Assembly: GCA_905178155.1 (NCBI GenBank)
Contig: CAJINV010000001.1
Coordinates: 4,565,452 to 4,629,451, forward strand
DNA: 64,000 bases
Origin: Amoebophrya sp. A120
Taxonomy: Eukaryota; Protista; Dinoflagellata
Reading direction: 5' to 3'
Shown: positions 26,001 through 38,400 of the stretch, piece by piece
How positions within the stretch are numbered: position 1 is the first letter of the stretch
Layout: every line of letters starts with the position of its first letter
Notes under the pieces: generated by a model
The model's input: only the letters and a program-made list of their open reading frames with translations
Told to the model about the DNA's origin: nothing
Databases searched by the model: none
Translations under genes and position numbers: made by a program

Positions 26001-26422
26001 AACAGTGTCGTACTGTCGTACGAAACAACCTGGCCCGCGACCGTGACCACGGGCATCGCGGAGGAGCCGGCGGCGACGTGGTCCCCAAGTAATCTTTTCT
26101 CCGCTTCAAGTTGCACGCCTCGCCCGGTTATTTGCGTGGGATCGACGTCAAACTGCTTCTCACGGTCGCAGCTCAGACCCACAAGGACCGTGACCATGGG
26201 TGCGGCGTGTGCTCCAGCGGCATCGGACTCGCCTGAGTTCGCGTTGACCTCCTCGCGCTCCGAAGACACGAGGCTTCTGAGCAAATTCATCCGCAAACCC
26301 GCAACTTCTAGGGACGGAAAGATGACGGATAAGGTAAAAACCTGCCACAGTACAAGCGTCCATGAGAACGGAAGCGCACGGGTAACAATGATCCTGGACC
26401 ATGATAGAAATGACAGCCTCAT
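23046..26422 (-). CDS. Hypothetical protein with hydrophobic N-terminus and Ser/Gly/Ala low-complexity region, interrupted by four introners
   Basis: One continuous frame after removing elements at 25043, 24726, 23553 and 23125 (SSDL|DSVV, CSAP|GSEA, RWVS|GSLR, NLSA|RTAH); no family recognised. Confidence 0.7.
23125..23401. mobile_element. Introner-like element, degenerate family A
   Basis: DR gcgcg; left tatccactgtaaatatgtctgggactggaa, right cttccagtgccaaccataaatgtgcatttgata. Confidence 0.85.
23553..23815. mobile_element. Introner-like element, family A
   Basis: DR ctgac; TIR tatcaaatgcaaaaatgtctgggtctggaag. Confidence 0.95.
24726..24998. mobile_element. Introner-like element, degenerate family A
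   Basis: DR cgggg; left tatgcattgcaaatatcttcgacctgggtctggaag, right ccagacccagacacattcgcagtggata. Confidence 0.88.
25043..25324. mobile_element. Introner-like element, family H
   Basis: DR caggt; TIR tatcctgtgtaataacgt / tatcctgtgtaaaataagcgt. Confidence 0.88.
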
Positions 26423-27112
26423 CTCACTTCTCAGTCTTGCTTGGCAAACGGAGATTCGTATCGTTAGACAGAACAAGTAGACCAACAACTACTAATATGA
26501 TGATAGGAGGTCCGCTGCAGGAGAAAAATCAAAATGTAACCACTCGTTATGTTGTAGATTCTTTACAAACCTCCACACGATTATTTGATTCAGATTCGGG
26601 AAAAGAAGCAAAAAGAGCTTTCGGAGTATGGCAGCAAACTCCCAAACAGCAGGTCTGAGCGAAATGAGGTCAAAGTGAAACCAACGGGTTAGCAGGGTTG
26701 GATTCGTTATCCTCAACCGCAGCTAGATCGGTATTGAAGCTAAGAAGTGAAATTCCGCTCGAGCTCGAGAATTTTTTCCCGTCGGACGCAGCACTTTCCA
26801 TTGCGTGAGCGGCTTAGGCGCACGCGCACGGCACTAGGCACAGGCAGCACGAGGACCACAAAGAAATAAATCGATCAAAAAGTAGCAACAGGCGATCCTG
26901 TTTTCAACATTTTGGGGTAGCGCTCCGAAGCTGAACACACGACCGCGCTGCCTGCCATCTTGGAGTCCACCGATCTGACGGTTGGCATGTCCGCTTCTTA
27001 TTCATTGGCGGGCACGACTGCGAAAAAACGATACTCATAGCAGTCTTTTTGCGCATCCATTGCCAAAAGGTGATACATCAAACTCGTCTTCTTGCGTCAT
27101 CGATTACTTGAC

Positions 27113-27800
27113 TCACTTGTCTCCCCGCTTTGTATATGCCTTGCCGCGCATCTTTCCCTTTGCGTACTTTCCGCCACTGCCCTTCAACGGTGCTATTGTT
27201 CCGCGCCCGTAGCCTTGGCCCCGCGCGCCAAACATTGGGCACGAGGCGAGCATGTCAGGGAGGATAAAGTGCCGCACTGATTGCCCTCGGACGTAAACCT
27301 GTTCATAGAGATGCAACACATCTTTTACTTTTTTGCATTTGAAGTAAACTAAAACAAAAACAAAAAGTTACTGTTCAGATCATTTTTGTGGGTAAGTAAA
27401 TATTAATATTCACGGGATTCTTCATGCATCATCCACCCGTAGGCGTAACAAGTGCACAGGCAATTCCAAAACCGACTCGAGCTCGCCCCTGATAGATTTG
27501 AAAACCAACACACCGGCGCCGGGCTAGAAATACAATCTCGGTGGTCTATCCTATGGGCGATAAAAGAAAATTAATTTCAACATGACATCTTTGCCTTGCG
27601 CATTTCAGAAGTACCTGTTCCATGACTGTTACGACGCCATGTTTTGGGTCGACAACAGAGCAGCCCTCCAGCATGCAGTTGAAATTGTCCTCGCAATGCA
27701 TCAAATGCCCTCGGAATACCCTGCCATCACGAACCTCGACGGTCACCGTGTGCCCGATAGACTCGTGGAGAATCTTCGCTGGAATGCCTAGTGACGTCAT
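27113..27800 (-). CDS. SmD3: Small nuclear ribonucleoprotein Sm D3, two exons
   Basis: LGIPAKILHESIGHTVTVE..FRGHL..EDNFNC..MEQ|VYVRGQSVRHFILPDML, Gly/Arg/Lys-rich tail; GT-AG intron 27299-27614. Confidence 0.93.
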
Positions 27801-29479
27801 TGTCGCTTCTTGTTTATTTCAATGCCCGTTCTTTCCTGCGCAGCAATATCGGCAAGCGACCGCTGTGTGTTCGTGTACTCAAACTTTTTGTTTATTTTTT
27901 CCAGCCGTTTAGACTTCGCCGGTGCTGAAGTTGTCGCTCTAATATTGTTCTTGCTACTGACTGTGGTGGTGTATTGTGGTCGCCGCCGGATTTTTGTCTA
28001 CTGTTGAGTCAGTTGTTCCAATTGGCAACTGCTTTCTGGCCACTGGCAATCCCTTGCGATATAGTCGCTTGTTCCTGTACAGTCGGTCGCGTTGCTGCAC
28101 CAGAGGCCGATGAGCAGGTCATGTGACGAAACTAAATTAAAATTTCACTACTGATCATACTGTGCGTGTGCTCGCACTTAAGTATCATAACACACAGTTT
28201 CGCAATCGCTTTACACATATTTATACCTCTTCGTCTTCTTGCTTATATTTCTCCTCAAAAATAGTAGTATGGCTAACTAATCGCGACAAAATGAAGAGCC
28301 TGTCGAAGGTAGAAAAGAAAGAACGATCGAAGAGCAGCTAGCACGAAAAATTGTGCACTTATCAGGGAGTATGCGTGATCTTCGGGATCGCGTATGAATG
28401 GATCCGACAAATTTCCCCGTCGCTTGGGACTTTTTCCGTGATCAAACCACTGCTCAGCAGCCTGAACTGATAATCGAGAGCCGAGCATCCGCTTCATGCG
28501 AACAAAGCCTTATCCTTACCCTTAGTTCCTATTTTTAATTGAATTTCGTAAAAAAAAAAAGAACAAGACCAATGTGACCGTCCAGCTAAATGCCTCTACA
28601 CCAGATGAGCACTGGCAAGGCGCGGTGCTGTACTGCACCCGGCTTTGTTCCTCGAGTGATTCATTTTGTAACCCCTTTTGTTTAAAAGACGTCGCAAAAT
28701 GCGACTTCTCGGATCTAGGCTTTTGAGTTCTCCCATTTTTATAACTTTTCTCAGAAGTTCAAACTTTACAGTGTTAGGCTCTAACAGAATAAAATAAATC
28801 TTATGCATTTTATTAGTCATCATGACATAGTCTTCGCCTCTAGAAGAGACGTGCTAGTGTTTGTAGTTCTGAATAAAACAAATCTGTGCAATTGAAACCT
28901 ATATTTTGAATCTAGTCTGATAAAACTCGATCTGAAGAAAGAGAGTTATTTTTTGCATTAAAAATAATTCTCTTTGGGTATTAAACTATTTGTGTCTGAA
29001 CAAGAATCCGTGACAAATAGAGTTCTTCCTCTGTCTGATCTTAGTATTTCCAGGGTAACTGTATCTGTAAAATTCAAATTTTAGAAACGAAATTTGTCTG
29101 TAAACTGTAAACTTGCTAAAGTGTGAGCATCTCACATTTGACATTTTTCAGAAAGGCAAAAGGGTATTCTCGGACGGTGGTAGAAACAGGTCTAATTCTT
29201 TGGGGTAGAAGAAACAGGAGGAATTAGAAAAGTATGGTAGGGTGGAGTTCTGAGTTCTGTCAAACCGTAAGAGATGGACCACGCTTTTTTTCTAGTTGAA
29301 ACACTTTTCTGAAACCTTGTCGACTGTGCTTGCGTCTTTTCGTAGTTTTCTTAATTCTTTCAACAAGCACACCTTCTGATGTTCATCTCTAACATTGTTG
29401 TACCAGTTGCACCAGTTGTCGCTTTTCCCAGGCAAAAGTTTGTCCCCTTACTTTCATCTTCCCTACTTGCTACTTAGTC

Positions 29480-32400
29480 TTAATCGTCGGTCTGCGAGAT
29501 CATAGCGACACCACGCTTGGTCCAGAAGTTCTCGCTGTGGCCCTGGGCGTAGTCGACCGGCATGTACATAAACATGATGAAGTTGGAACTGTGTCCGGAT
29601 GTGGACAGCACCCCGCGCCGGTCGCTGCACTTGTATATCCAATGCAAAAATGTCTGGGTCTGGAAGAGTCATGCTGTTTTTGCATGACACTGAAGGTCTG
29701 CCATGGAAGCTCTAGCATCACAGGCTTCGAGAAGCTTCCGCAATGCCGAATCCGCATGACAAATGCCCCACTTTGGTGACAGATAGTTGGCAGCTTTTGC
29801 TGCCTATGCATGAGAGATTTTTTTGTGTTGTGGAATGCGCATCACAAGTTTGCATTCTTCCAGACCCAGACATATTTGCAATCCATATTGTACACCGGGT
29901 TGGCGTACATCTGGTTGTACACGTGTTCGTCCTTGTCTTTTTCGTTCGGCTTCAGCCAAATCAGGGGCACTGTGGACCACAGTACCTTCGGGAAGGAGTC
30001 CTGCAGCGTCATGGTGTCGTCCTCCCACCTGGCGCCCTGCATGTACAGGCCGCGGATGTAGCTACCCTTCTCCGGTTCCGCCGGATCGGTGTCGGTGGAC
30101 GCCAGGGTTTCAAAGTTCCACATCAGCTTATCGATGGCGATGCTCGCGCCGCGCGCGAAATTCTGGAGCACACCGGTCAGGTAGGCCTGTTGGAAGAAGA
30201 AGGCCGAGAACCAGAACACTGTCGGGGCACCTGCAATAGTGATAGTATTCAAGTTGTCTTCGCTAGTATTAATAACCTCATACACTGCATTCTCCCATCG
30301 GCACTGCTTGCCTGTATGCATGTTCGTTGTTGACAAAGGAGCAGCAACTCTGCTCTGAGAAAGCGTTGTTCCCATAGACAGACGAAACAGTGGCTGCAGA
30401 GAAAATGAAAATGAAAATGCTTGTCGACGCAAAGGAAATGTTGAAGAATTTAACATTATTAACCCGGGCAAAAATGAGGACTGCGCAAATTATTTAATAT
30501 CGTGGTCCCTAGTACCTTGCTTGATCCAGTCGTCCATGAATTTGAGCCTGTCCATGAAGTCGAAGACGTAGCTCATGGCGGGCTTCAGACTTGGATAACT
30601 GACGCCCAACCATGGTGGTGGGATGGTGTTCGTGAGGAAACCGCTGGCCACCGCCTCGAGTTCCGGCGAGAAGATGACCAACCCCTTGGCCGCTTTCCCC
30701 AGGTTCACGCACGTGTCTTTCACCTTGTCGTAAAGCTTGATAAACTTGATCAACTCGTTCAGCAGCACCGTGTTCAGACACTGGTCGTACTTGACCGGGT
30801 ATTTTCTCCCGACCGCGCCCAAGTCAAACGCCTCGGGCATCAACGTGATCACCTGCTCGGCCAGGTTGCAGTACCGCTGCTCGTATCAAATGCAAATATG
30901 TCTGGGTCTGGAAAAGTGCAACGTTTGTCATGCACGTTTTGCATGACGCGTGAGGTCTATGATGCATGCCCTAGCATCACAGATTCTGTGAGATCTTTTC
31001 CATGCCTTTTCCGCATGAGAAACTGCCTCTCGGCCTTCTCAAAAGTGAACAGCTTTATTGGTAATCATGAAAAACAGATTTCTGTATGATTCAGATTTAG
31101 CATGACAAGTTGTACTCTTCCAGACCGAGACATATTTGCAATGCATAGCTCGGGCGTTTCCGCCTTGGCCCCCTCGTCTTCGTCGTCGCCGCCGCCGCCG
31201 CCACCGAACGAAGACATCAGGAGGAGCGCGTTCTTTAGCATGGAAATACCTGTTGGGTGGAATTTCGGAAGCAGTCGTTTCGGAAGAGAGATTCGATTGA
31301 TCTATCGCTGCGACTCGCCCGACTTCTAAGCGCTGCAGCACAAAACGACTTATCGTCCATTCTCGGCATCTTTATCGCCGCTCGTCTTCATCAGCGTCAG
31401 GGTCAGCGTCAGCCCCCGACGGGCTCAGTAGGAATAGTATTGAAATTGATATAGATATTGAAGTTGATAAACAGAAAAAAATAAACCTTTTTACCTTCGT
31501 TGATCGCCGCTGTGAGACTTGCGTTGGGGTGGAGCCAGAACACCTCGGGGGTGTGGTTCAACGGCAGACTTTCGACGTAGTCTAGGTGCTCCTTGATGGT
31601 GTTGGCAGTGGGCGAGTAGTAGATGCCGGAAATCGAGAACTTGTAGTCGTCTTCTAGGATCTTCGGTGTGTAGAAATCCTTGATGATCTCGACCTGTAGA
31701 GTGTGTTTTGTTTCTGTCACTCCATTTTTCGGTGCAGTCCGCATCAATGTATAAAACGAGCCTGCAACAGTTTGGGAACTTCGTTGACATTCGTCTTCTT
31801 CTTTTTTTCGTTTTCACATGCATCCTGCTCGAAATGAAAAAAATTATACGATAAGCCTCCTGTCCTGGCCATCTGTGACACGACCACCGTAGTTTGCCTC
31901 GGCGACCATGTAGTTCAAAGCCGCATAGGGAATGTCGCTGAAGTCCTCGATGAAGTTGCGCAGTTGTTTCTGCGAAATGTCCAAATCTGGCTCGGAGAAT
32001 CCGTAAGCCACGTTCCACCCGATGGGCCCAAAAGCGCGGCGCTCTAAGACAAGACCGTGAAAGAAGCAGAGCCCGAAAAGCAGCTTCTTGAAGGTCGTTG
32101 GCTTGGTCGAACTCTCGAACCACTCCTCGTCCATGCCTGATAATGAAATGTTTTGCTGTGATCCGCCATTTTTTCACGGGGTGCACTGGCTTGTGGCAAC
32201 AGCACGAGCTGTTGTCGGAAAACGTCGTCGGAAAACATAAAAGTGTTTACAAAAAAAAATCTAATTTCGTACCGCGGTAGGCGCGTTGGAGCGAGTTCCT
32301 CAACCCCTTTGGTGGTTCGATGGTCATCTTGATTCCGCCTTGCAAAACGGCAATCGGGAAATCTGGAGATGGGCACGCGGTCAGCCACAATCGGAACGCG

Positions 32401-35400
32401 GGGTTCAGATCTTCCGGCTTCCATGCCTCGATCATACCTGGATTGTTATTTTTTCAAAAGGTATCTCGACCTAACAAGTACTCTGAAGCTACAATGAGTC
32501 ATCGAAAGCGGAGCGCCAAGAGAGGACACAAAAAAAAACTCAAGTCGCGTCGTAACAAGGAATTCATTGTCGATACTTATTTGTCGAACAAAACGCGTCA
32601 CTCAGACAAAATACCTTCAAGCACGGGCATGTATGAGATTCCCAAGTGGCAGTTTTGCAGCAGCACCCACTTTCCGTTGGCAGAGCCATCCTTGATGCCC
32701 GCGGTGGCTTTTGGTCCTTGCCCCTGTCCCAGCGAAATCGGGACGATCTTGGACAACATATCGTGCTTCAACGCCAGGGCCGTGACATCTGCCATAGGGT
32801 CGGAACCCATCGACAGAATGAAGATCAGCGGCACCGCCGGAGAGCTGTCCTCGAACCACACGGGCAGATCGAAGGGGGGCACCAACAGGTATTCGCGCCC
32901 GAGTTTGTTCAGTACCTATCGTATTTTTCAGATACACATGAAGTTTCAACTGATCGCTGCAAGTGCAACGATACAAAATGGAAAGTAACAATAACAAACT
33001 CGCGTAGCACAACTTTAATGTCATCAACAAACACGAGCACAGCAGGAACAAAATAAGAGGACACGGCAGGATACTATGTACATGCTTGTATCTTTTTTAT
33101 ACCACTTCCTGAATCGCGACCACGGTGGCATCGGTACGCAGTGCAAACATGGTGAGTGCCCGTTGCAGCGGGTTGCACTTCTGCTTGAAGTTCTTGGGCC
33201 ACTCGATCTCGGCCGCCATCGGGTTTTCGCTGTCGAAAACGGCCTTCCAGCCTTCCAGATTGGCGGCGAAGTCGGCCGCGAATCCCTCGAACACGTCCAT
33301 CAGCGTTCCCAGCGTGGTCACACGCGCCCACGAGACATCGGTGAGCCAGTCGCTGTTCTCCGGCTTCGGCTCCAGGGCGCCACCGCCGACGCAGGTCAAG
33401 AGCATATTCAACTGGTTCAGGTTAAGCTCCTTGTCCGTTTCCTGGCACTTCAAGCACAACATGAAGGAGTAAAGCAACTTATCCTTCGCGAACAGGGAAC
33501 GGCAGACCATGTCGTACAGCAAAGCCAGAAAACTGCGGAACAGCTCCGTCAACCGGTCGTCCTTGCTCTCCTTCGCTTCCGCGCGCCTGATGGACTCGAC
33601 GAACTGCACCATGAACCAATCTAGAGAGAATTGGTACATGGGGTCCACAATACGCAGGTCCGCGATCACGAAGAACAGCGCCCCGCAACGGAAGGCGTGA
33701 GCCGTGTAGGACAGACGGGTCTCCGCGATGGTCGCGGCCGTCATCTCCTGCACCTTCACCTGCTCCCCGATGCGGGTGGACGTCACCTTGGAACTCGCCA
33801 GCGTGTTGATCAACTCCTCGTCCTCCAGAATGTCCCCGGAGGAGGCGGACAGCAGCGCGAGAATCTTGTTCTCGATCTCGGCCAGCTCCGCCTTGGACTG
33901 CGCGGATTCGATAACCAGGTTCTGCCGAGCCTGTTCGACCTCCGGCTCCTCCATGGCCACCAGAATACCCAACATCGCATCCGTCAGACCGTCGACCGTG
34001 GCCATGAAGTTCAACAGACACGCGGCCACGCAAATCTCCGGGGCGTAGTGGGGGTTGGGCAGCTTGGTCGTGAAGTACAGCCGGAAGTCCTTGCTGTACT
34101 CGATCGTGCTGTCACCTGTGTGTGCGTCGATACGATCGTCGCGGTTTGCAAATTTACTGCAGTAAATATGTGTAGATGTTGTAGTTCTTCTGTGTGGACG
34201 GAACATTCATAAAAATCGTCACTCAAAAAAATGCAGAGGAATTTTTATGTGAAAAAAAATTATCGACTCTTACCCAATCGGATCATTTCCTGGGGTCCCT
34301 GCTTAAACGTCGCCTTCAACAGCAGCGGGTTCAACATGGCGTCAATGGTGAGGCCGATGTTTTCGATCAGCACCGGGGTTCCGAAGGAGATGCAGGTCTC
34401 CAGGTTTCGCGCGTAGTTCTGGTTCAACCGCATCACCTTCAACTTCGTCCCGTGCGTGGTCTTGACCCACTTGTTGGCCTGGTTCTGCGGGTCGATCATC
34501 AGCGGCCACCGCGAGCTGTTGTCCAGGATGATGGCGTTATCAATCGACAGGTTGTCGTTGGGCAGCTTGTCGATGACCCACTTGCGGATCTTCACCTGGT
34601 TCCCGATGCAGTTTGCCAACGTGAACTCCGGGGAGGCCGGGATTTGCAGTTCCGTCAGCTTGGTGAGCCACCTGTCGCACACTTCCTTGCGGTACACGCC
34701 GGTGAAGCACCCGAGATACGCCATGATGCCGGACGCGATCAGGATGTCGCCGGTCAGGTTTGTGTAATCCTTGCCGAGTTTGGCGCTTTGCTGGGTCCAG
34801 GCGGCTTTCTCGCCACCCAGCCCGGTGATCAGCTTCTCGGCGCGCACCAGCTTCGCGCGGCAGTCGTCGCTGTTCTTCTGCAGTTCTTCCATCTTGGCCT
34901 TGGCCTCGTTCAGCTGGTTCACGAGCTTGTCGACCAGGGCAATCACCTCGGCGAGCTCGGCCTTCTTGCTCGCCAGCAGCTCCATCGCGTCCCCGGCGGA
35001 CTTCTCGGCCTTGGCGAGCTTGGCCCGCTTCGGCCCCACCTCCTTCGCAACTTTGTCGTACACGACCATGGCACGGACCCACTTACAAATACCCATCGCG
35101 GCAATGGAGGCCTTCTTGATAATGTCCGGATCGAACATTTCAGAATCATACAGCGGTTGCACCTTCTGGATCGCGTCGGGGGAAATGTTGTCCTTATCGA
35201 AGTTTACCATCTTTTCCAGCAGCCGGGGATCACCTGTGAAATAGCGTGTGAAGATAGTCCGTTTTGTCATCTTAGAACCTATGTCATCTATCCATTTCAA
35301 GTAGATTTTTTTCGTAGAAACAACTTGAACTTGTTCGCAACCAAATTCTATTCTTGAGAAGGCATGCGGTAAAAATAAAACCCCTTTGCAAGAAACAGTT

Positions 35401-38400
35401 GCAAAAAACAAAATGTCTGATTTCCTCAATCACAAAAATCTTACCGAGCAGTTCCTTTTTAGCCGGTTCCCAGAAGTCGTCTACCTTCCCCTTGCCGTCC
35501 GGGGCGGCGACCTTGACCGGCTTGACGCCGAACATGTAGCACAGGGCCTGCGAGGTGAGAATGACACCGGCCGGGGGCGTCTTCATCGCCTTCACCTCCC
35601 CGATATCACCCTTGGACAACTTGCTCAACGCGTCGACCGCGGCGTCCAGCGCCGGCATGGCGGCGGCCAGATCCTTCTCGCAATCGGCCTTAATTTCGTT
35701 CGCCTTCGCGCCCTCCTCTTCCGCGGCGGCGGCATCGGCATCGACCAGCTTCTGCTTCTCGCTCGCCTTTTTCTGTTCGCCCTCCACGTGAATCATCAGC
35801 TCGGAGGTCTCCTTCGCGGACTTCTCCAGCGACGGCTGCAGGTCCTCGAGATCCTTCTGCAGTGCGCCGACCGCCGAGGCGGCTTCCTCGATCTTCTCCA
35901 TCCCCACATCGTACCGGGACTTGGCCGTGGACACGACGTCCCGCTGCTGCTTCAGCATCACGATGAAGGTGGAGATCAAGTCGAGGTAGGACGTGGGCGT
36001 CACGTAGAAGATACGCTTTTCCTGCTTGAAGAACTTCTCGGCGAGCTCGATCACGCTCGTCTGCTTCTCGACCATCACTTTCACCACGTTGTCCTTCACT
36101 TCCTCGGGCATGTCGACGGCCCGGAGGAACTGCTTTGCCACCGCGGTCAACGCCTGCGGCGGCCACTCCATGAACCAATCTGAGTTGAAAGTTTAAGTTT
36201 GTCTTTGTGACGGACAGTTTTTTTCTCGAATAATAAACTACCGGAAACGCTATTCATTGTTGGACTCTTCAGCGAGGGAGAACAACATCAGATCAACAAC
36301 AAGCGACTGCAATTATGCATATATGCAAAAAAACACAACAGCGAATTATACCGATCGTGCAGCAGTTGACGAGCGACGGGAAGTTTCGCAAGCGGATGCG
36401 GAAGTCCGCGCCGATCGGCGACAACGCCAGCACGATGTGCAAGTTCTGCCTGCAGACGCTCACGTACCAGGAGAAGACCTCGTTGGGCGTGATCTGGCCC
36501 GCGGCGTTGGCGCCCTTGGCGCAGAGCTCCATGATCTCCATCTTGTCTTCCTGGGAGTACAAGTTCGGGACCTCGCCCGTGTTCAAGATGGAGGACACCT
36601 CCTCCAGGAACGCCTCGTTGGCGATCTGCGTATCCGGGAACAGGAACACCATGTTCTTGTTCTGCCCACCGGCGGAGATCAGCAGTTTCTTGATGTCGTC
36701 GTGCCACTCGTTCATGCCGTAGCCCTTGGCCAACTCGATCTGGAACAGTTCAAACTCGGCCACGTAGGTGGCCAGCGTGGTCACGGACTTACGCCCGGAA
36801 CCGCCCACACCGACGAGGAGGGCGTTACCCAGCGGGAGTTTCAGGACGCGAATCACGCGGCAGATGTGCTCCAGGAACGCGGTGAACAGCACCAGATCCA
36901 GGCGGATCTTGGACACGTTGTTGTAGTCATCCATGCACTCCTGCACCTTCTCAAGCAGCCGGTCCACGTCCGGAATTTCCTGGTACGCGGTGGATTTCGG
37001 GTCCACAAAGTCCACGAAAATCACCGGCTCGACCTGTGAAAAGTTTGGGAAATTGAAGGTCGAGATTTTGATTTGCATCCGATGCAAGAATTCCCACAAA
37101 TCGCAACACGTTTGAAAAACCAAAAATTTATTTCCCCGTCCCGTCGGCCCACTTCTACGCCGAATACACATACAGCTTTGCCCCTAAAAAGTTCTAAATC
37201 GCAGACTGATCACTTTGCTAAAATAAATATACCTTGACGACTTGGTCGTACGGCTTCTTGAAGTGCTTGTCCATCAATCGCTTGATCATAAACGTGAACG
37301 AGTTCTGATCTTGGCGGTTAATCAAACGGTCCTTGAAGACGCGCTCGCACTCGTGCATCCAGACCTTGCACAGGTCCTCCACTTTCGGCAGGGATTCGCG
37401 CTGACAGATGCACATGCCCTGGAACACCTTCGCGACGTCACGCATGTTGAAAGTGTAGTGGGATTTCGCGGGGGTGGGCAGAAAGTCCTTCATCATGCTG
37501 AAGTAGACGTCCAGCACGCCCGACACCACGGCTGGGACCTGCGCGGCGATGTCCCGTGCGAGGTTCGCGAAGAAGACACCGACGACGGTGGAGAAGATCC
37601 GCGCCAACGACTCGTCGTCGAAGGGGGTGACGAAGACCAGGTTGAACATATTACAGTGAAAAGTGCCCCCCACCCCCAAAGTTACAAACATTTGTGATGC
37701 GAAGTTTCCAAATGAAACCTTTTTGTCATGCATGAAAGGAATATAAATCTTTCTGATGCAGATTCTAGTGTTGTTTCGCATCGCTTGCATGACAAGCACC
37801 GCTCTTGCTGGGATCTTTTGCAATACAAATTTTTGCTATTCACGATCGGAAATCTGTGATGCTGATACATGCAAGAGGGCGAATGTTTCATTTGGAAAGG
37901 TTTGCAATACAAATGCTTTCAAGTTCGGGGGTGGGGGCATTTTTCATTGTAATAGAACATCCGCGAGTAGCGGTCCGTGATGTCGTTCTTGCCGCCGCCT
38001 GGCGGGCCCATGGCGGTCAGGTAGTTGATGTCCACCAGCGACCGGAAGTCCCAGCCCTTGCGGTCGTACCAGCCGAAGCCCAGCGGCGTCTTCACCATCG
38101 CCTGGCGGAGGATCTCGATGGGCGGCTGCGCGCCGTAGGTCTCCTTGATGGGCATGTTCAAGTCATCGATGAACACCAGCATCTTTTTGTTCATCGGCGG
38201 GCCGTACACGCCCTTCCTGCGCTTGTCCAGCTTGCCGTCAATGATGTCCTGCGTCTGGTTCGCGGTGGTCTGTGCGGAGAACGCGAACGCGATGGAGGAG
38301 TACTTCTTCGGGTGGAACCCACCGAGCAGCATCCCGTTGATGGAGGCGGTTTTCGCCGTACCGGTGGGCCCGGAGAGGAGGATGTTGTGGCCCTTCTCGA

